From positions 1,046 to 65,045 of the forward strand of contig JAGCUR010000013.1 of assembly GCA_017962745.1 (NCBI GenBank): a stretch of 64,000 bases of DNA, read 5' to 3'. Source of the DNA: Bacilli bacterium (lineage in GTDB: Bacteria; Bacillota_I; Bacilli_A; ML615J-28; CAG-698). This document shows positions 10,594-21,525 of the stretch, piece by piece. Position numbers and translations under genes: made by a program. The notes below the pieces were generated by a model. That model saw only the letters and a list, made by a program, of their open reading frames with translations. It did not search any database and had not been told where the DNA came from. Every line of letters starts with the position of its first letter. The first letter of the stretch is position 1.

Positions 10594-11421
10594 CTACTTA
10601 TACCAATTGGGATAGCATTCAATTTCAACTTTTTCGTTAGTTATTGGGTGCCTAAATCCTAATTTATAGCAGTGTAGCATCAGCTCACCATCGCCATCGC
10701 CATATAATTTATCCCCTAAAAGTGGGTGATTATGGTAGGCAAAATGCACTCTAATCTGGTGAGTCCTACCAGTAAGTAGCCTTGCTTCTACAGTAGATAC
10801 ATCGCCATTTTCTAACACTTTATAAATCGTATGAGCACTTTTGCCATCGCTAAATACCCATCTTTTAATGTTAATTTCTTCTACTCTTCGAATCGGATCA
10901 GTGTACTCACCTTCTAATTCTTCAAAAGAATTATGCACTTTACACAAATATAATTTGTCAAATTTGGCGTTATTTAGAAGGTTATGGACATATCCATTCT
11001 TGGCAATTAAGACAATACCACTTGTAGAAAAGTCGAGCCTAGTGACAATATGGATGTTAGAATCAATGCCTTTTTCTAAATAATATTTCTTAACTGAACT
11101 TATTAAGTTATCTTCTTGATGCCTTTTAGATGGCTGAATAGCTAGGTTAGATTGCTTATTTACGATTAGTAAATAATCATCTTCATAAAGAATATCGAGT
11201 GGGATATCATTAGTTTTAAAGTCTTCATTTAGCTTTTCATTATATTCTATTTCAATAATATCGCCTTTATTTACTTCGTAATAATTCTTTACGAGATTAC
11301 CATTTACATAAGCAATATCTTCTAATCTTACTCTTTTTAAAAGATTGCGTGATACGCCTTGCAGTTTTAAATAATCTTTTAATTTAATATTATCTTGATC
11401 TACTACATACTTAATTTTCAT
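10594..11421 (-). CDS. RluA family pseudouridine synthase
   Basis: 275 aa. Catalytic motif VTRLDFSTSGIVLIAKN and an N-terminal S4-like region. Confidence 0.85.
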   Translation of the reverse strand: MKIKYVVDQDNIKLKDYLKLQGVSRNLLKRVRLEDIAYVNGNLVKNYYEVNKGDIIEIEYNEKLNEDFKTNDIPLDILYEDDYLLIVNKQSNLAIQPSKRHQEDNLISSVKKYYLEKGIDSNIHIVTRLDFSTSGIVLIAKNGYVHNLLNNAKFDKLYLCKVHNSFEELEGEYTDPIRRVEEINIKRWVFSDGKSAHTIYKVLENGDVSTVEARLLTGRTHQIRVHFAYHNHPLLGDKLYGDGDGELMLHCYKLGFRHPITNEKVEIECYPNWYK

Positions 11422-11444
11422 ATAATCATTATACTCTTAATTAT

Positions 11445-11477
11445 AATAAAATAAAAGACCATACAATGCATGGTCTT
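11445..11477 (-). terminator. rho-independent terminator downstream of the EF-G-like gene
   Basis: Perfect 8-bp stem AAGACCAT/ATGGTCTT with a 7-nt loop, followed by a T-run on the minus strand. Confidence 0.65.
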
Positions 11478-11484
11478 AAATGCT

Positions 11485-13425
11485 TTATTGAGCTTGTTTG
11501 TATTCGTCACAAATCTTCTTGATTAACATTTCAGGAACTTCTTCGTAACGAACGAATTTTCTTGAGAATCTACCACTTGCTTGAGTCATAGCTTTTAAGT
11601 CAGTAGTATATTTAATGATTTCAGCTTCAGGAACTTCAGCGATAATCTTGCTCTTGCCGCCTTCCATTTCTTCAGTAGATAAGATACGGCCACGACGTTT
11701 AGTCATATCACCCATGATAGCTCCGAAGTATTCTGATTTAGCGATTACTTCTACTTCCATAATAGGTTCTAAGATTGTAGGACGTAATTTATCAACAGCA
11801 TTCTTGAATGCTAATCCAGCAGCGATAACGAATGAAATTTCGTTAGAATCTACTGGATGGTAGCTTCCATCATATAGAGTAGCCTTAACTTTGATTACAG
11901 GGAATCCAGCTAATGGGCCATGTTCTAGTACTTTAATTAAACCTTTTTCTACAGCAGGGAAGTAGTTTTTAGGAACTGATCCACCGAAGATTTCTTCGCA
12001 GAATTCGAAGTCTTTATCAGTAGGTTCAAATCTAATCCAAACATCACCGAATTGTCCAGCACCACCAGATTGCTTCTTATGACGTCCTTGAGCTTCACCT
12101 TTAGAGCGAATTGTTTCTCTATAAACAATCTTAGGATCTGCTAAGTCAACATCTACTTTATACATATTCTTCATCTTTTCAAGAATATATCCGATGTGAG
12201 TCATACCTTGACCACCGATTAAAGTTTGAGATGTTTCAGCATTTCTCTTGATTTCGAATGTTTCATCTTCTACAGATAACTTTTGTAAAGCTGTAGAGAT
12301 CTTTTCTTCGTCTTGTTTATTCTTAGGGTTAATTGCTACATAGATTGTAGGAGTTGGATGTTCTTCCTTCTTGAAAGTAACCATATCTTTCTTATCACAT
12401 ACTGTGCAGCCTGTGAATAAGTTAGCCATCTTAGCAACTGCTACGATATCACCAGCAAATGCAGCATCAACTGGAATTTGAGTCTTACCCATCATTGAGA
12501 ATAATTGGCTCATTTTTAATGCTTCACCAGTATTTGCTAAAACTGCTTCTTGCGCAACTTTTACAGATCCTGAGCAAACTTTTAAGAAGTTGATTGAACC
12601 AACGAATGGGTCAGAAATTGTCTTAAATACTTTTGCACTGAATGGAGCGGCATCGCTTACCTCTCTTACTACTTCTTTACCAGCAGCATCGATTCCTTTG
12701 ACAGGAGCAACGCTACAAGGAGATGGTAATACATCGATTACTTTATCCATTAATTCTTTAACGCCTTCATTCTTAATTGCACTTGCAGTAACAATTGGGA
12801 AGAAGTCACAGTTTAGAGTAGCATTTCTTAAACCTTTAACAGTATCTTCTTCGCTTAACTCTAATTCTTCTAAATATTTATTTAATAATTCTTCATCACT
12901 TTCAGCAGCAATTTCCATTAATTCTTCACTGAATGGAGCATTAACTTCTTTTGCATGGCTTGATAATTCATCATTAATTTCAGCTAGTACAGCATCCATC
13001 TTAACATTTTCTTTATCAGTCTTATTGATCAAGATTAATGTAGGGATCTTACGAGCACGTAATTCGTCCCAACATCTTTCAGTACCAACTTGAACACCAC
13101 TTGATGCATCGATTAATAATACAGCACCCTCTACTACACTTAATACATTTTCGATTTCACCGATGAATTCTTCAGAACCTGGAGTATCAATGAAATTGAT
13201 TTTGTATCCATTATATTCTACTGGGATTAAACTAGCAGTTAGTGTAGTTTGTCTGTTTTGTTCTTCAGCTGTATAGTCACCAACAGTATTCTTTCTTTCA
13301 ACTTCGCCCTTAGCTTTAATAGCTCCACTTACGAATAGTAAGCTTTCAGCTAATGATGTTTTACCAGTTCCTAAGTGACCTAGTAAAGCGACGTTTCTAA
13401 TTTGTTTGCTATGATATTCTTTCAT
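11485..13425 (-). CDS. elongation factor G family translational GTPase (EF-G paralog / ribosomal-protection-like)
   Basis: 646 aa. G1 GHLGTGKTS, G3 DTPGSEEF (atypical; EF-G has HVDF), G4 NKTD. EF-G domains II-V are recognisable. Confidence 0.75.
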   Translation of the reverse strand: MKEYHSKQIRNVALLGHLGTGKTSLAESLLFVSGAIKAKGEVERKNTVGDYTAEEQNRQTTLTASLIPVEYNGYKINFIDTPGSEEFIGEIENVLSVVEGAVLLIDASSGVQVGTERCWDELRARKIPTLILINKTDKENVKMDAVLAEINDELSSHAKEVNAPFSEELMEIAAESDEELLNKYLEELELSEEDTVKGLRNATLNCDFFPIVTASAIKNEGVKELMDKVIDVLPSPCSVAPVKGIDAAGKEVVREVSDAAPFSAKVFKTISDPFVGSINFLKVCSGSVKVAQEAVLANTGEALKMSQLFSMMGKTQIPVDAAFAGDIVAVAKMANLFTGCTVCDKKDMVTFKKEEHPTPTIYVAINPKNKQDEEKISTALQKLSVEDETFEIKRNAETSQTLIGGQGMTHIGYILEKMKNMYKVDVDLADPKIVYRETIRSKGEAQGRHKKQSGGAGQFGDVWIRFEPTDKDFEFCEEIFGGSVPKNYFPAVEKGLIKVLEHGPLAGFPVIKVKATLYDGSYHPVDSNEISFVIAAGLAFKNAVDKLRPTILEPIMEVEVIAKSEYFGAIMGDMTKRRGRILSTEEMEGGKSKIIAEVPEAEIIKYTTDLKAMTQASGRFSRKFVRYEEVPEMLIKKICDEYKQAQ

Positions 13426-13497
13426 ATTCGATAATCTCCTTTATTTGTCCTTTACCATTATACTATATATAAGTATCTTTTACTAGTTTTTTTTATT

Positions 13498-15777
13498 TTA
13501 TTCAATTCCTTCTTTATAATGGCCATATGTCACATCATCTAAATCATATTCTTCAATATACTTATCATTATTTAGATATGCATTAAAGGCTTCAAGATAC
13601 TCTTCAATTACTAATTCATAATCTTCTTCTACACTTAAATCGACAAGTAAATTGTTAACGCCCATCTTCAAAAGTTCATCAACTTGATTCACTAAATGTA
13701 GTCTCTTTGAATTAAGTAGTTTTAAATGACATGCTCCATCATTTACAAGTGGGAATTTATAACCTAGTCTATCTACTAAATAATACTTACTAGCCTTACA
13801 TGCTCCGCAGCCTAGCTTATCATAGCCTAAAGCTTTATTAATTAAGCAATGCTTCATAATCATTAATTCATAATATCCATATACCATAACCATGATATTA
13901 GGAATATTACCATATACATGTTTATAAGTATCAATAGTTGATTTAATGTCATCCTTACTTGCTTCGATTGACATACCAACAATCTCGCACCCATTCTCTA
14001 ACATATTTCTTACACTAGCATAATTAATAATATTAGAATAAACATTAACCACTTTCTTATTATATATACTGTTATTATTAATTCTACGGTCAACTAGTAT
14101 TACATTTAATTCTTCATCAAGCAATTTATATTTATTAGCTGCTTCATATAAATTCTTATCATCAACTAATAAATCTTTAACACCCTGATTTATACAAGCT
14201 TCTAATTGATTCAAATTACTTACTTTAAAGAATAGATGTTTATCATTACTGCTATATACTTCTTTTGTACTTGGAATAAATTTGTTAACTCTAACTTCTT
14301 TATTTCCTTTTCTTATATTATTAAGAGCATCAATGGCTTTTCTTCTTAATTCATTAATCTCTTTAATCGGTAAGAATATTAAATCAGTTATTTCAATATT
14401 TCTAAATTCATATACTGAATCACTAGTCTTTCTAAGTTGTTCTATTTGTCTAGATTTAATATCAGCATTCTTAGCCGCTTCATATGGATAATCCGACTTA
14501 ATAGTTACTTTGTTTTTACCATCACTAATTTGTAAGCAGGCAACATCATCTAGATAAAGTTTGGCATCAAGCAATACTTTATCTTCTTTTTTATTAATAA
14601 CTTCATCTTCTAAATTAGCATCACTAGTCTTAAGCACAGTGGCACCAACTTCAGCTACCTTGTGTACTTTTATTTGAATTAAGTCACCAGCTTTAGCGAA
14701 AGTTCCTTTAATGCCATTAACAAACATTTCATTAACGATAACAGCATCGTTATCTTTATTTAGAATTCTTAAGCCATCACCACTTCTAATGCTATCTTCT
14801 AATTTAATATAAGCATAACCATTATTGTACTTTGTAACTTTACCTACTTTAATACCTATGTGGTTAGATGTAGCTACATTAGAAAAATGTTTATTATCTT
14901 CATTAAATAAATAGCCTTTAGTAAATGTACGATTAAACATTACTGCTAAATCTTTTTTATAGTTAGCTACTTGTTCACTATCAAGCATACTATCGATTGC
15001 TTTTCTATATCTATTAGTGATTAAGCCAACATATTCTGGTCTTCTCATTCTACCTTCTAGTTTGATTGATGTAACACCAATGTTAGCTAGCTTATCTACA
15101 TTTTCAATTTCACATAAATCTCTTGGACTTAAATAAAATCTCTTTTGTCCTTTAGTTTCATCATCTTTAACTAGTTCATAAGATAGTCTACAAGGTTGAG
15201 CACATTTACCTCTATTGCCACTTCTTTTACCAATTACACTTGATAAATAGCAGTTACCTGAATAGCACATACATAATGCTCCATGGGCAAATACTTCTAC
15301 TTCAATATCTACTTCTTCAATAATCTTTTGGACTACTTCGATTGGTGTCTCACGGGCAAGGATGATTCTTTTAAAGCCAAACGCTTTTAAATCCTTAGCG
15401 TGATTTACGCTTAAGCAATTCATTTGCGTTGAAGCATGCAATACTAAATCCGGATATACTTGCTTTAAAATCGATGCTAATCCTAAATCTTGAATGATGA
15501 TTGCATCTACTCCACCTTTGTAAAGTTCCCCTACAAAATCAACGCAGCTAGATAACTCGCTATTTTTAATTATCGTATTGACCGTAACATATACTTTCTT
15601 ATCACGGATATGGGCATACTCAATAGCTTCAATTAATTCTTCAGTTGTAAAGTTAGTAGCATATGCTCTAGCACCAAAGTTTTTACCAGCGATATATACG
15701 GCATCAGCCCCATTATTAATTGCCAGTTTAAATGAAGTCATATCACCAGCTGGTGCTAATAATTCTAATCTATTCAT
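13498..15777 (-). CDS. U32 family peptidase (collagenase-like, with long C-terminal extension)
   Basis: 759 aa. U32 signature EVFAHGALCMCYSGNCYLSSVIGKRSGNRGKCAQPCR. Confidence 0.85.
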   Translation of the reverse strand: MNRLELLAPAGDMTSFKLAINNGADAVYIAGKNFGARAYATNFTTEELIEAIEYAHIRDKKVYVTVNTIIKNSELSSCVDFVGELYKGGVDAIIIQDLGLASILKQVYPDLVLHASTQMNCLSVNHAKDLKAFGFKRIILARETPIEVVQKIIEEVDIEVEVFAHGALCMCYSGNCYLSSVIGKRSGNRGKCAQPCRLSYELVKDDETKGQKRFYLSPRDLCEIENVDKLANIGVTSIKLEGRMRRPEYVGLITNRYRKAIDSMLDSEQVANYKKDLAVMFNRTFTKGYLFNEDNKHFSNVATSNHIGIKVGKVTKYNNGYAYIKLEDSIRSGDGLRILNKDNDAVIVNEMFVNGIKGTFAKAGDLIQIKVHKVAEVGATVLKTSDANLEDEVINKKEDKVLLDAKLYLDDVACLQISDGKNKVTIKSDYPYEAAKNADIKSRQIEQLRKTSDSVYEFRNIEITDLIFLPIKEINELRRKAIDALNNIRKGNKEVRVNKFIPSTKEVYSSNDKHLFFKVSNLNQLEACINQGVKDLLVDDKNLYEAANKYKLLDEELNVILVDRRINNNSIYNKKVVNVYSNIINYASVRNMLENGCEIVGMSIEASKDDIKSTIDTYKHVYGNIPNIMVMVYGYYELMIMKHCLINKALGYDKLGCGACKASKYYLVDRLGYKFPLVNDGACHLKLLNSKRLHLVNQVDELLKMGVNNLLVDLSVEEDYELVIEEYLEAFNAYLNNDKYIEEYDLDDVTYGHYKEGIE

Positions 15778-15829
15778 ATACCCTCCTACAATTAATAAAG
15801 CGAATAGATTATCTACTCGCTTATTATTT

Positions 15830-16675
15830 TTATTCTTTTACGATATATAAAATACCAATAGTTCTTGGTCCACAATGAGCAGCGATAACGCTACTTGCAT
15901 TCGTTTCTACAAGATTATCAATTTGGACATCACGTTTCTTTAATTCATCCATTAGATAAATAGCATCTTCATGTGTATCAGGATGTGTAACAAATACGAA
16001 ATCAGGATCGATATTATTAATATCCGCATCAAACATTTCTAATTGTAGATCTAATGCTTTCTTAAAATTACCGATTGGCTTTTTAGCAACTACCATTTTA
16101 CCATCAACTACTTTTACGATTGGTTTAATCTTAAGTAGTGTACCAAATAATCTAGCAGTTCCTGAACATCTTCCACCTTTATGTAAGTAATCAAGCGTAT
16201 CAATCGCAAACTGCGTTCTAACTCTTGGTTTAATCTTTTCGATTTCCGCTACGATTTCTGGAGCACTCATTCCAAGGTCACGAAATTTAGCAGCTTTTAA
16301 TAAAAGTAAGCCAATACCTGTAGATAAGTTAGCACTATCAATTGGATAGAAGTTAGGACATTCTTCACTAGCAATTCTAGCGTTATTAAATGTACCTGAA
16401 ATTCCACCACTTATACCCATATAGATGACATCTTCATCTTCTGGATATTCTTTCACTAAATCAACAAAGAATGCTGGTGGTACACTAGCAGTGTGTGGCA
16501 TTTGGCCTGTCTCATCAATTAGTTTAAATAACATCTTAGTATCGATGTCAACGCCACCTTTGTATGATTTTTCCCCAATGTTAATAATTAATGGGAATTC
16601 TCTAATACCATACTTCTCTTTTAATTCAGGTGTTAAGTCAGATGTGCAATCTGTAATTATATTTACTTTTCTCAT
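15830..16675 (-). CDS. DegV family fatty-acid-binding protein
   Basis: 281 aa. The DegV N-terminal pattern MRKVNIITDCTSDL matches over full length. Confidence 0.85.
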   Translation of the reverse strand: MRKVNIITDCTSDLTPELKEKYGIREFPLIINIGEKSYKGGVDIDTKMLFKLIDETGQMPHTASVPPAFFVDLVKEYPEDEDVIYMGISGGISGTFNNARIASEECPNFYPIDSANLSTGIGLLLLKAAKFRDLGMSAPEIVAEIEKIKPRVRTQFAIDTLDYLHKGGRCSGTARLFGTLLKIKPIVKVVDGKMVVAKKPIGNFKKALDLQLEMFDADINNIDPDFVFVTHPDTHEDAIYLMDELKKRDVQIDNLVETNASSVIAAHCGPRTIGILYIVKE

Positions 16676-16737
16676 AATTTACCTCTCGCTAGTTTAATTA
16701 TATATTCTTTACTACGTTTAAACAATGTTTTTGTTTA

Positions 16738-18600
16738 CTACTTGTTTTTCGCATCCCACTTTTTACGTTCAACAGTATCTAAGATTCGCTTTCTTAATCT
16801 AACGCTTCTTGGTGTTATTTCAACAAGTTCATCATCGTTAATATAATCTAAGCATGCTTCTAGACTCATACGACGTGGTTTCTTTAAAACAACAGTAACT
16901 TCTTTATTTGATTCACGCATGTTTGTTAAATTCTTTTGTTTAGCAACATTAACGCTCATATCTTCTTCACGGTTACATTCACCAACGATTTGGCCTTCAT
17001 ATACTTCTTCATGTGGTTCAATAAATAATACGCCTCTGTCTTCAATATTACCAATACCATATGCATTACTAGTTCCGGTAAAGGCAGCAACTAGTACTCC
17101 CCACTTACGATTACCTAAAGTCGCATTTGCATCCATTGGACGGTAGTCTAAAAATGAATGTGATAAAGTTCCATAACCTTTTGTGGCAGTAAGGAAAGAT
17201 GTTGATAAGCCAATTAGTCCGCGGGAAGGGATTGTATAGATGATTCTAGTTTGGCTACCATCAGCACTCATATCTTCAAAGATACCACCACGGTTTCCAA
17301 ATAAGCTAATAACATCTCCTGCTGATTCATTTGGTACATCGATTTGCGCAAATTCGTAAGGTTCGCAAACGACCCCATCGATTTCTTTTAAAATCGGTTT
17401 TGGTCTTGATACTTGGAATTCATATCCTTCGCGACGCATATTTTCGATTAATATACCAAGATGTAATTCTCCTCTTCCGCAGACGATCCATTCATCACTA
17501 GTACCAATTCTTTTTACTCTTAAGCTAACATCCTTTTGAGTTTCTTTAAATAATCTATCATCAATTTTAGTACTAGTAACAAACTTGCCTTCTTTACCCG
17601 CAAATGGTGAAGTATTAGTACCAAAGATCATTTCGATAGTTGGTTCACTAACATGGATTGGTGGTAGGGCTTCTTCAGCGCCAACATCGCACACAGTTTC
17701 CCCTACATATATGTCACCAAGCCCAGCTATCGCTACGATATCACCTGCATAAGCGACTTCTGTTTCAATTTTATTTAAACCTAAAAATGTAAAGATCTTT
17801 TGAATTCTAAATTGCTTAATTGATCCATCCATTCGCATACAACTTGCCATTTGGTTAACGCGCATTACTCCGCGTTGAATCCTTCCAATTGCCATTCTAC
17901 CAACGTAGTCATTATAATCAAGTAATGATCCTTGGAATTGTAAGCTACCATCTTTGTTTACTGCTTTATGCGTTTTATCAGGAGCCGGAATTTCACTAAC
18001 AATTAAATCAAATAAAGGATCCATTGTCTCCTCTTGGGTTTCTAAGTCACTTGACAAGCTACACGTTCCTTTTAAAGCACTAACATATGCAACTTTAAAA
18101 TCAATTTGTTCATCTGTGGCACCTAACTCAATAAATAAGTCGATTACTTCATCTACAACCTCTTCGCATCTAGCCGAATCTTTGTCAACTTTATTGATAA
18201 CTACAATTGGCTTTAAGCCATATTCTAAAGCTTTCTTTAAAACAAATCGTGTTTGTGGCATTGTACCTTCATAGGCATCTACTACAAGTAATACACCATC
18301 AACCATTGTCATGATTCTTTCAACTTCGCCTGAAAAATCTGCATGGCCTGGTGTATCCAAAATATTAATTTTATAATTCTTATAATATATAGCAGTATTC
18401 TTAGCTAGAATAGTAATTCCTCTTTCACGTTCCAAATCATTAGAATCAAGTGCTCTTTCTTCAATTTGTTCTCTAGCTTGAAGAGTTGCACTCTTTTTTA
18501 ATAACTGGTCAACAAGAGTAGTTTTACCATGGTCAACATGTGCAATAATAGCTATATTTCTAATTTCCATATTTTCCATATATTCACTCTTTCTAGTCAA
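16738..18600 (-). CDS. typA: translational GTPase TypA/BipA
   Basis: IRNIAIIAHVDHGKTTLVD, DTPGHADF, NKVD motifs. The true start is probably at MENMEIRN, about 18576-18579, rather than the longest ORF. Confidence 0.9.
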   Translation of the reverse strand: MTRKSEYMENMEIRNIAIIAHVDHGKTTLVDQLLKKSATLQAREQIEERALDSNDLERERGITILAKNTAIYYKNYKINILDTPGHADFSGEVERIMTMVDGVLLVVDAYEGTMPQTRFVLKKALEYGLKPIVVINKVDKDSARCEEVVDEVIDLFIELGATDEQIDFKVAYVSALKGTCSLSSDLETQEETMDPLFDLIVSEIPAPDKTHKAVNKDGSLQFQGSLLDYNDYVGRMAIGRIQRGVMRVNQMASCMRMDGSIKQFRIQKIFTFLGLNKIETEVAYAGDIVAIAGLGDIYVGETVCDVGAEEALPPIHVSEPTIEMIFGTNTSPFAGKEGKFVTSTKIDDRLFKETQKDVSLRVKRIGTSDEWIVCGRGELHLGILIENMRREGYEFQVSRPKPILKEIDGVVCEPYEFAQIDVPNESAGDVISLFGNRGGIFEDMSADGSQTRIIYTIPSRGLIGLSTSFLTATKGYGTLSHSFLDYRPMDANATLGNRKWGVLVAAFTGTSNAYGIGNIEDRGVLFIEPHEEVYEGQIVGECNREEDMSVNVAKQKNLTNMRESNKEVTVVLKKPRRMSLEACLDYINDDELVEITPRSVRLRKRILDTVERKKWDAKNK

Positions 18601-20116
18601 AATTGATATGAATCATTTTTAGTTCATCATAAAAGTTCTTTTCGTGTGATACTAAAATAACAGTTCCGGGATAAGTTGCTATCTTTTCAAATAAAGATTT
18701 TTTAGCTAACTTATCAAGATGGTTAGTAGGCTCATCCAAGATTAGCAAATTAGATTTAGTTAAAGATAATTTAGCAAATCTAACTTTAGCAGCCTCGCCT
18801 CCGCTTAAATACTTCATACTCTTTAAAGGTAATTCTCCACTTACTCCATAACGAGCGAGGATTCCACGAATCTCTTTATCATCCAGCTGTGGATAATCAT
18901 TTCTAAAGTATTGCATAGCAGTAATATCTTCGGGTTCTTCTTCTTGAGCATAATAATAAATTGTATTTAAATCAGTTAAATCAAAGTTTCCTTTAATTGG
19001 TGCTAGCTTTCCTAAAATAGTTTTTACGAAAGTCGTCTTACCAATACCATTTTTCCCAATGATTACATACTTTTTACCAAATTCTAGTTTTAAGTTAATA
19101 TGTTCTAAAATTGGATGCGTATAACCAATACTTAAATCATTAACAACTAATGGTGATTTATGAAATGATTTTGTAAATTCAAAATTAAAGTGTACTGGCT
19201 TTTCGCTAACTGGCTTTTCCATTACTTCCAACCTATCAAGTATCTTTTGTCTACTTTGCGCACGGTGCGTAGTAGATGCTCTAACTAAGTTTTTATTAAT
19301 GAAGTCTTGTTGATGCTTGATATAAGCTTGTTGACGATTATATGCTTTCTCATAAGCGATACGATTTACTTCGTGTTGCTTTAAGTAAGCATCATAATTA
19401 CCTTTATAACGAGCAAGCAGTTTGTTTTCTAAAACCAATGTCACATCGCATACATTATTTAAAAAATCTACATTATGGCTAATTACAATAAAACTATTCT
19501 TATAGCCTGTTAAAAACTTAGTTAACCATTCTACGTGTCTAGCATCTAAAAAGTTAGTAGGTTCATCTAGTAACAATACATCTTTTTCTTCAAGTAACAT
19601 CTTACCTAAAAATACTTTAGCTCTTTGTCCACCTGATAATTCTTTTAAGCTTCTACCTTCTTCTATATCAATACCTAAACCGTTTATTACATTACCAATT
19701 TTAGATTTAATCATATAAAAGTTGTTTTCATCTAAAAAAGTTTGAATGTTTTCCGCTTTTCTTAAAATCTTATCATAATCATCAGGATTAGCATCAACTA
19801 AACTGTTATATAAATTATTCATCTCCTCTTCTTTTTTAAATAATGGTGTATAAACGTCATATAAATAGTCAGTTATTGAAATATCAGTTTTAACTTCAAG
19901 TTGTTGATCCAAATACGAAAATGTTACATTCTTATCCCAAATGATTTTACCTTCATCTGGAGTTAGGCGAAAGGCAAGTAAATTCATTAATGTAGATTTA
20001 CCAACACCATTTAGCCCAATCAAGCCAACATGTTCGCCATTATATATAGTTACTGATGCTTTATTAAAAAGTTCTTGTGCACCATAACCAAATTTTAAGT
20101 CGATAATCTCTAACAT
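18593..20116 (-). CDS. ABC-F family ATPase (tandem NBDs, no TMD)
   Basis: 507 aa. Two Walker A motifs (GLNGVGKST, GKNGIGKTT) and two LSGG signatures. No membrane domain. Confidence 0.85.
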   Translation of the reverse strand: MLEIIDLKFGYGAQELFNKASVTIYNGEHVGLIGLNGVGKSTLMNLLAFRLTPDEGKIIWDKNVTFSYLDQQLEVKTDISITDYLYDVYTPLFKKEEEMNNLYNSLVDANPDDYDKILRKAENIQTFLDENNFYMIKSKIGNVINGLGIDIEEGRSLKELSGGQRAKVFLGKMLLEEKDVLLLDEPTNFLDARHVEWLTKFLTGYKNSFIVISHNVDFLNNVCDVTLVLENKLLARYKGNYDAYLKQHEVNRIAYEKAYNRQQAYIKHQQDFINKNLVRASTTHRAQSRQKILDRLEVMEKPVSEKPVHFNFEFTKSFHKSPLVVNDLSIGYTHPILEHINLKLEFGKKYVIIGKNGIGKTTFVKTILGKLAPIKGNFDLTDLNTIYYYAQEEEPEDITAMQYFRNDYPQLDDKEIRGILARYGVSGELPLKSMKYLSGGEAAKVRFAKLSLTKSNLLILDEPTNHLDKLAKKSLFEKIATYPGTVILVSHEKNFYDELKMIHINFD

Positions 20117-20282
20117 GGTTACTCCCCTTCTTATCTAACTATTGCATTTTACCATAAATAGCATCCATTTACAATAAAATGAGAAATGTAAAAGGTTACA
20201 GCTATTGAAATTATGAGAGTTATCTGTGATTATTTATTTCATTAAACACGCTTTATAATAAATTAGATATTTTAATAATATA

Positions 20283-20345
20283 ATTAAAAAGAAATGATAA
20301 TCAATAATTAGCATCTATTATGCTTTATTAATAATTATCATTTCT
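20283..20345 (-). terminator. nested inverted repeat / terminator at the distal end of the Rhs-immunity locus
   Basis: 11-bp perfect IR GAAATGATAAT...ATTATCATTTC with an inner AGCAT/ATGCT stem, followed by a T-run on the minus strand. Confidence 0.5.
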
Positions 20346-20376
20346 CAATTGTGACATTTTTTCACAAACTAATATA

Positions 20377-21525
20377 TTATTGTAAAAACTCATATATAAA
20401 GAATCTATGGCTATCAATGTCTACCGTTAGAACTAGATATTCATCATATTTGAAGTAATCTATTTCGTTTTCTTTCAATCCTTCAATAGAATATACAAAA
20501 CAATAATCTATTTCCTCGTTGCTAATCGTTAGAGCAACATCGTATGGAAAATCGCTTGGATTACATTTTATAAAATCATTATTATTTTTAAGTTCATTAA
20601 ACTTTATAGCAAATTCATCTTCATTTGTTGTTGTAACAACAATTTCTCTAGTTGATTTGACAACTCTGCTTTCAATAATTGCATTTTTTGGTAATTGATA
20701 ACTTATTTTACTTTCAATATTCTTGATGATATCTGAATCGTAAGTAACAGGTGATACCCTTTGAAGGACTACGGAAAATGTGAACGCTAATAAAGCAAAC
20801 GATATTACTAATATTGATGTAATAAAAAACTTCTTCGCTTGTAGTAACAATCTCTTCCAAAATGCAGCAAAACATAACAAAAACATTGCTGGGATCATAC
20901 TTAATATGAATATCCACGATAAACTCATTACTTTGTCAACATACCAATAATAATCATTAGCTATTATTTTTGTTATCAAAAGACCAATAGGAAATACGTT
21001 CAAAGTGGTAATAAACAATAAATCCGTTATGGATGATGTATACACAATCTTTCTATCACTAATTTTACATCTACTCATATGCACATCATTGATACCTTGT
21101 TTACAATGCATGCTTAAGTAATCAATATATTCCTTTCGTTTATAAATTTTTACGTCATACATCTTTTCATTTGCGATGATATTACAATCAAAATATCCTC
21201 GAGAATTTAATGTATACATATACTTTTTTATGTCTGAAAGTTTAATAATATCGTTTTTTATACCTCTTAATATGTATAGCTTTTCATCTGTTCCAATCAC
21301 TTTATACTGAGTTTCGAATAGCACTATGAAATATATGATGGATAAAAAAAGCACAAAAATAATTGGTATTATGCGAACAAAAAAGTTTACTTTTCTATCC
21401 ATCAGCCAACTCGTCAACATTGACACAGCGAAAATAATTGATGGTAAAAAAATAGCAACCGCAGTAGCATTTTTGTTATAATCCACAAAAGAATAAATAC
21501 TTGAATCTTTGCTTTTATTAACCAT
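20377..21525 (-). CDS. polytopic membrane protein, candidate immunity protein for the orphan Rhs toxin cassette
   Basis: About 382 aa from the ATG at 21523-21525 (AGGTG RBS). The track ORF starts at an upstream GTG. Several TM helices. It overlaps the 3' end of the orphan CT by 8 nt. Confidence 0.6.
   Translation of the reverse strand: MVNKSKDSSIYSFVDYNKNATAVAIFLPSIIFAVSMLTSWLMDRKVNFFVRIIPIIFVLFLSIIYFIVLFETQYKVIGTDEKLYILRGIKNDIIKLSDIKKYMYTLNSRGYFDCNIIANEKMYDVKIYKRKEYIDYLSMHCKQGINDVHMSRCKISDRKIVYTSSITDLLFITTLNVFPIGLLITKIIANDYYWYVDKVMSLSWIFILSMIPAMFLLCFAAFWKRLLLQAKKFFITSILVISFALLAFTFSVVLQRVSPVTYDSDIIKNIESKISYQLPKNAIIESRVVKSTREIVVTTTNEDEFAIKFNELKNNNDFIKCNPSDFPYDVALTISNEEIDYCFVYSIEGLKENEIDYFKYDEYLVLTVDIDSHRFFIYEFLQ

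Noticed and set aside
12590-13093. 167-aa plus-strand ORF and other internal plus-strand ORFs (1522-1788, 7968-8219, 17954-18274, 29508-30173, 33345-33686, 56733-57008, 58560-58877, 59879-60250, 62044-62625, 62995-63195, etc.)
   Set aside because: All lie antisense within well-supported minus-strand genes. They have no RBS and a biased low-complexity composition. Shadow ORFs in an AT-rich genome.
20117-20376. Mobile element or integration scar between the ABC-F gene and the Rhs locus
   Set aside because: Only an inverted-repeat terminator is present. There are no direct repeats flanking the Rhs locus within the window and no integrase or transposase genes. The rhs orphan repeat is internal to the locus.
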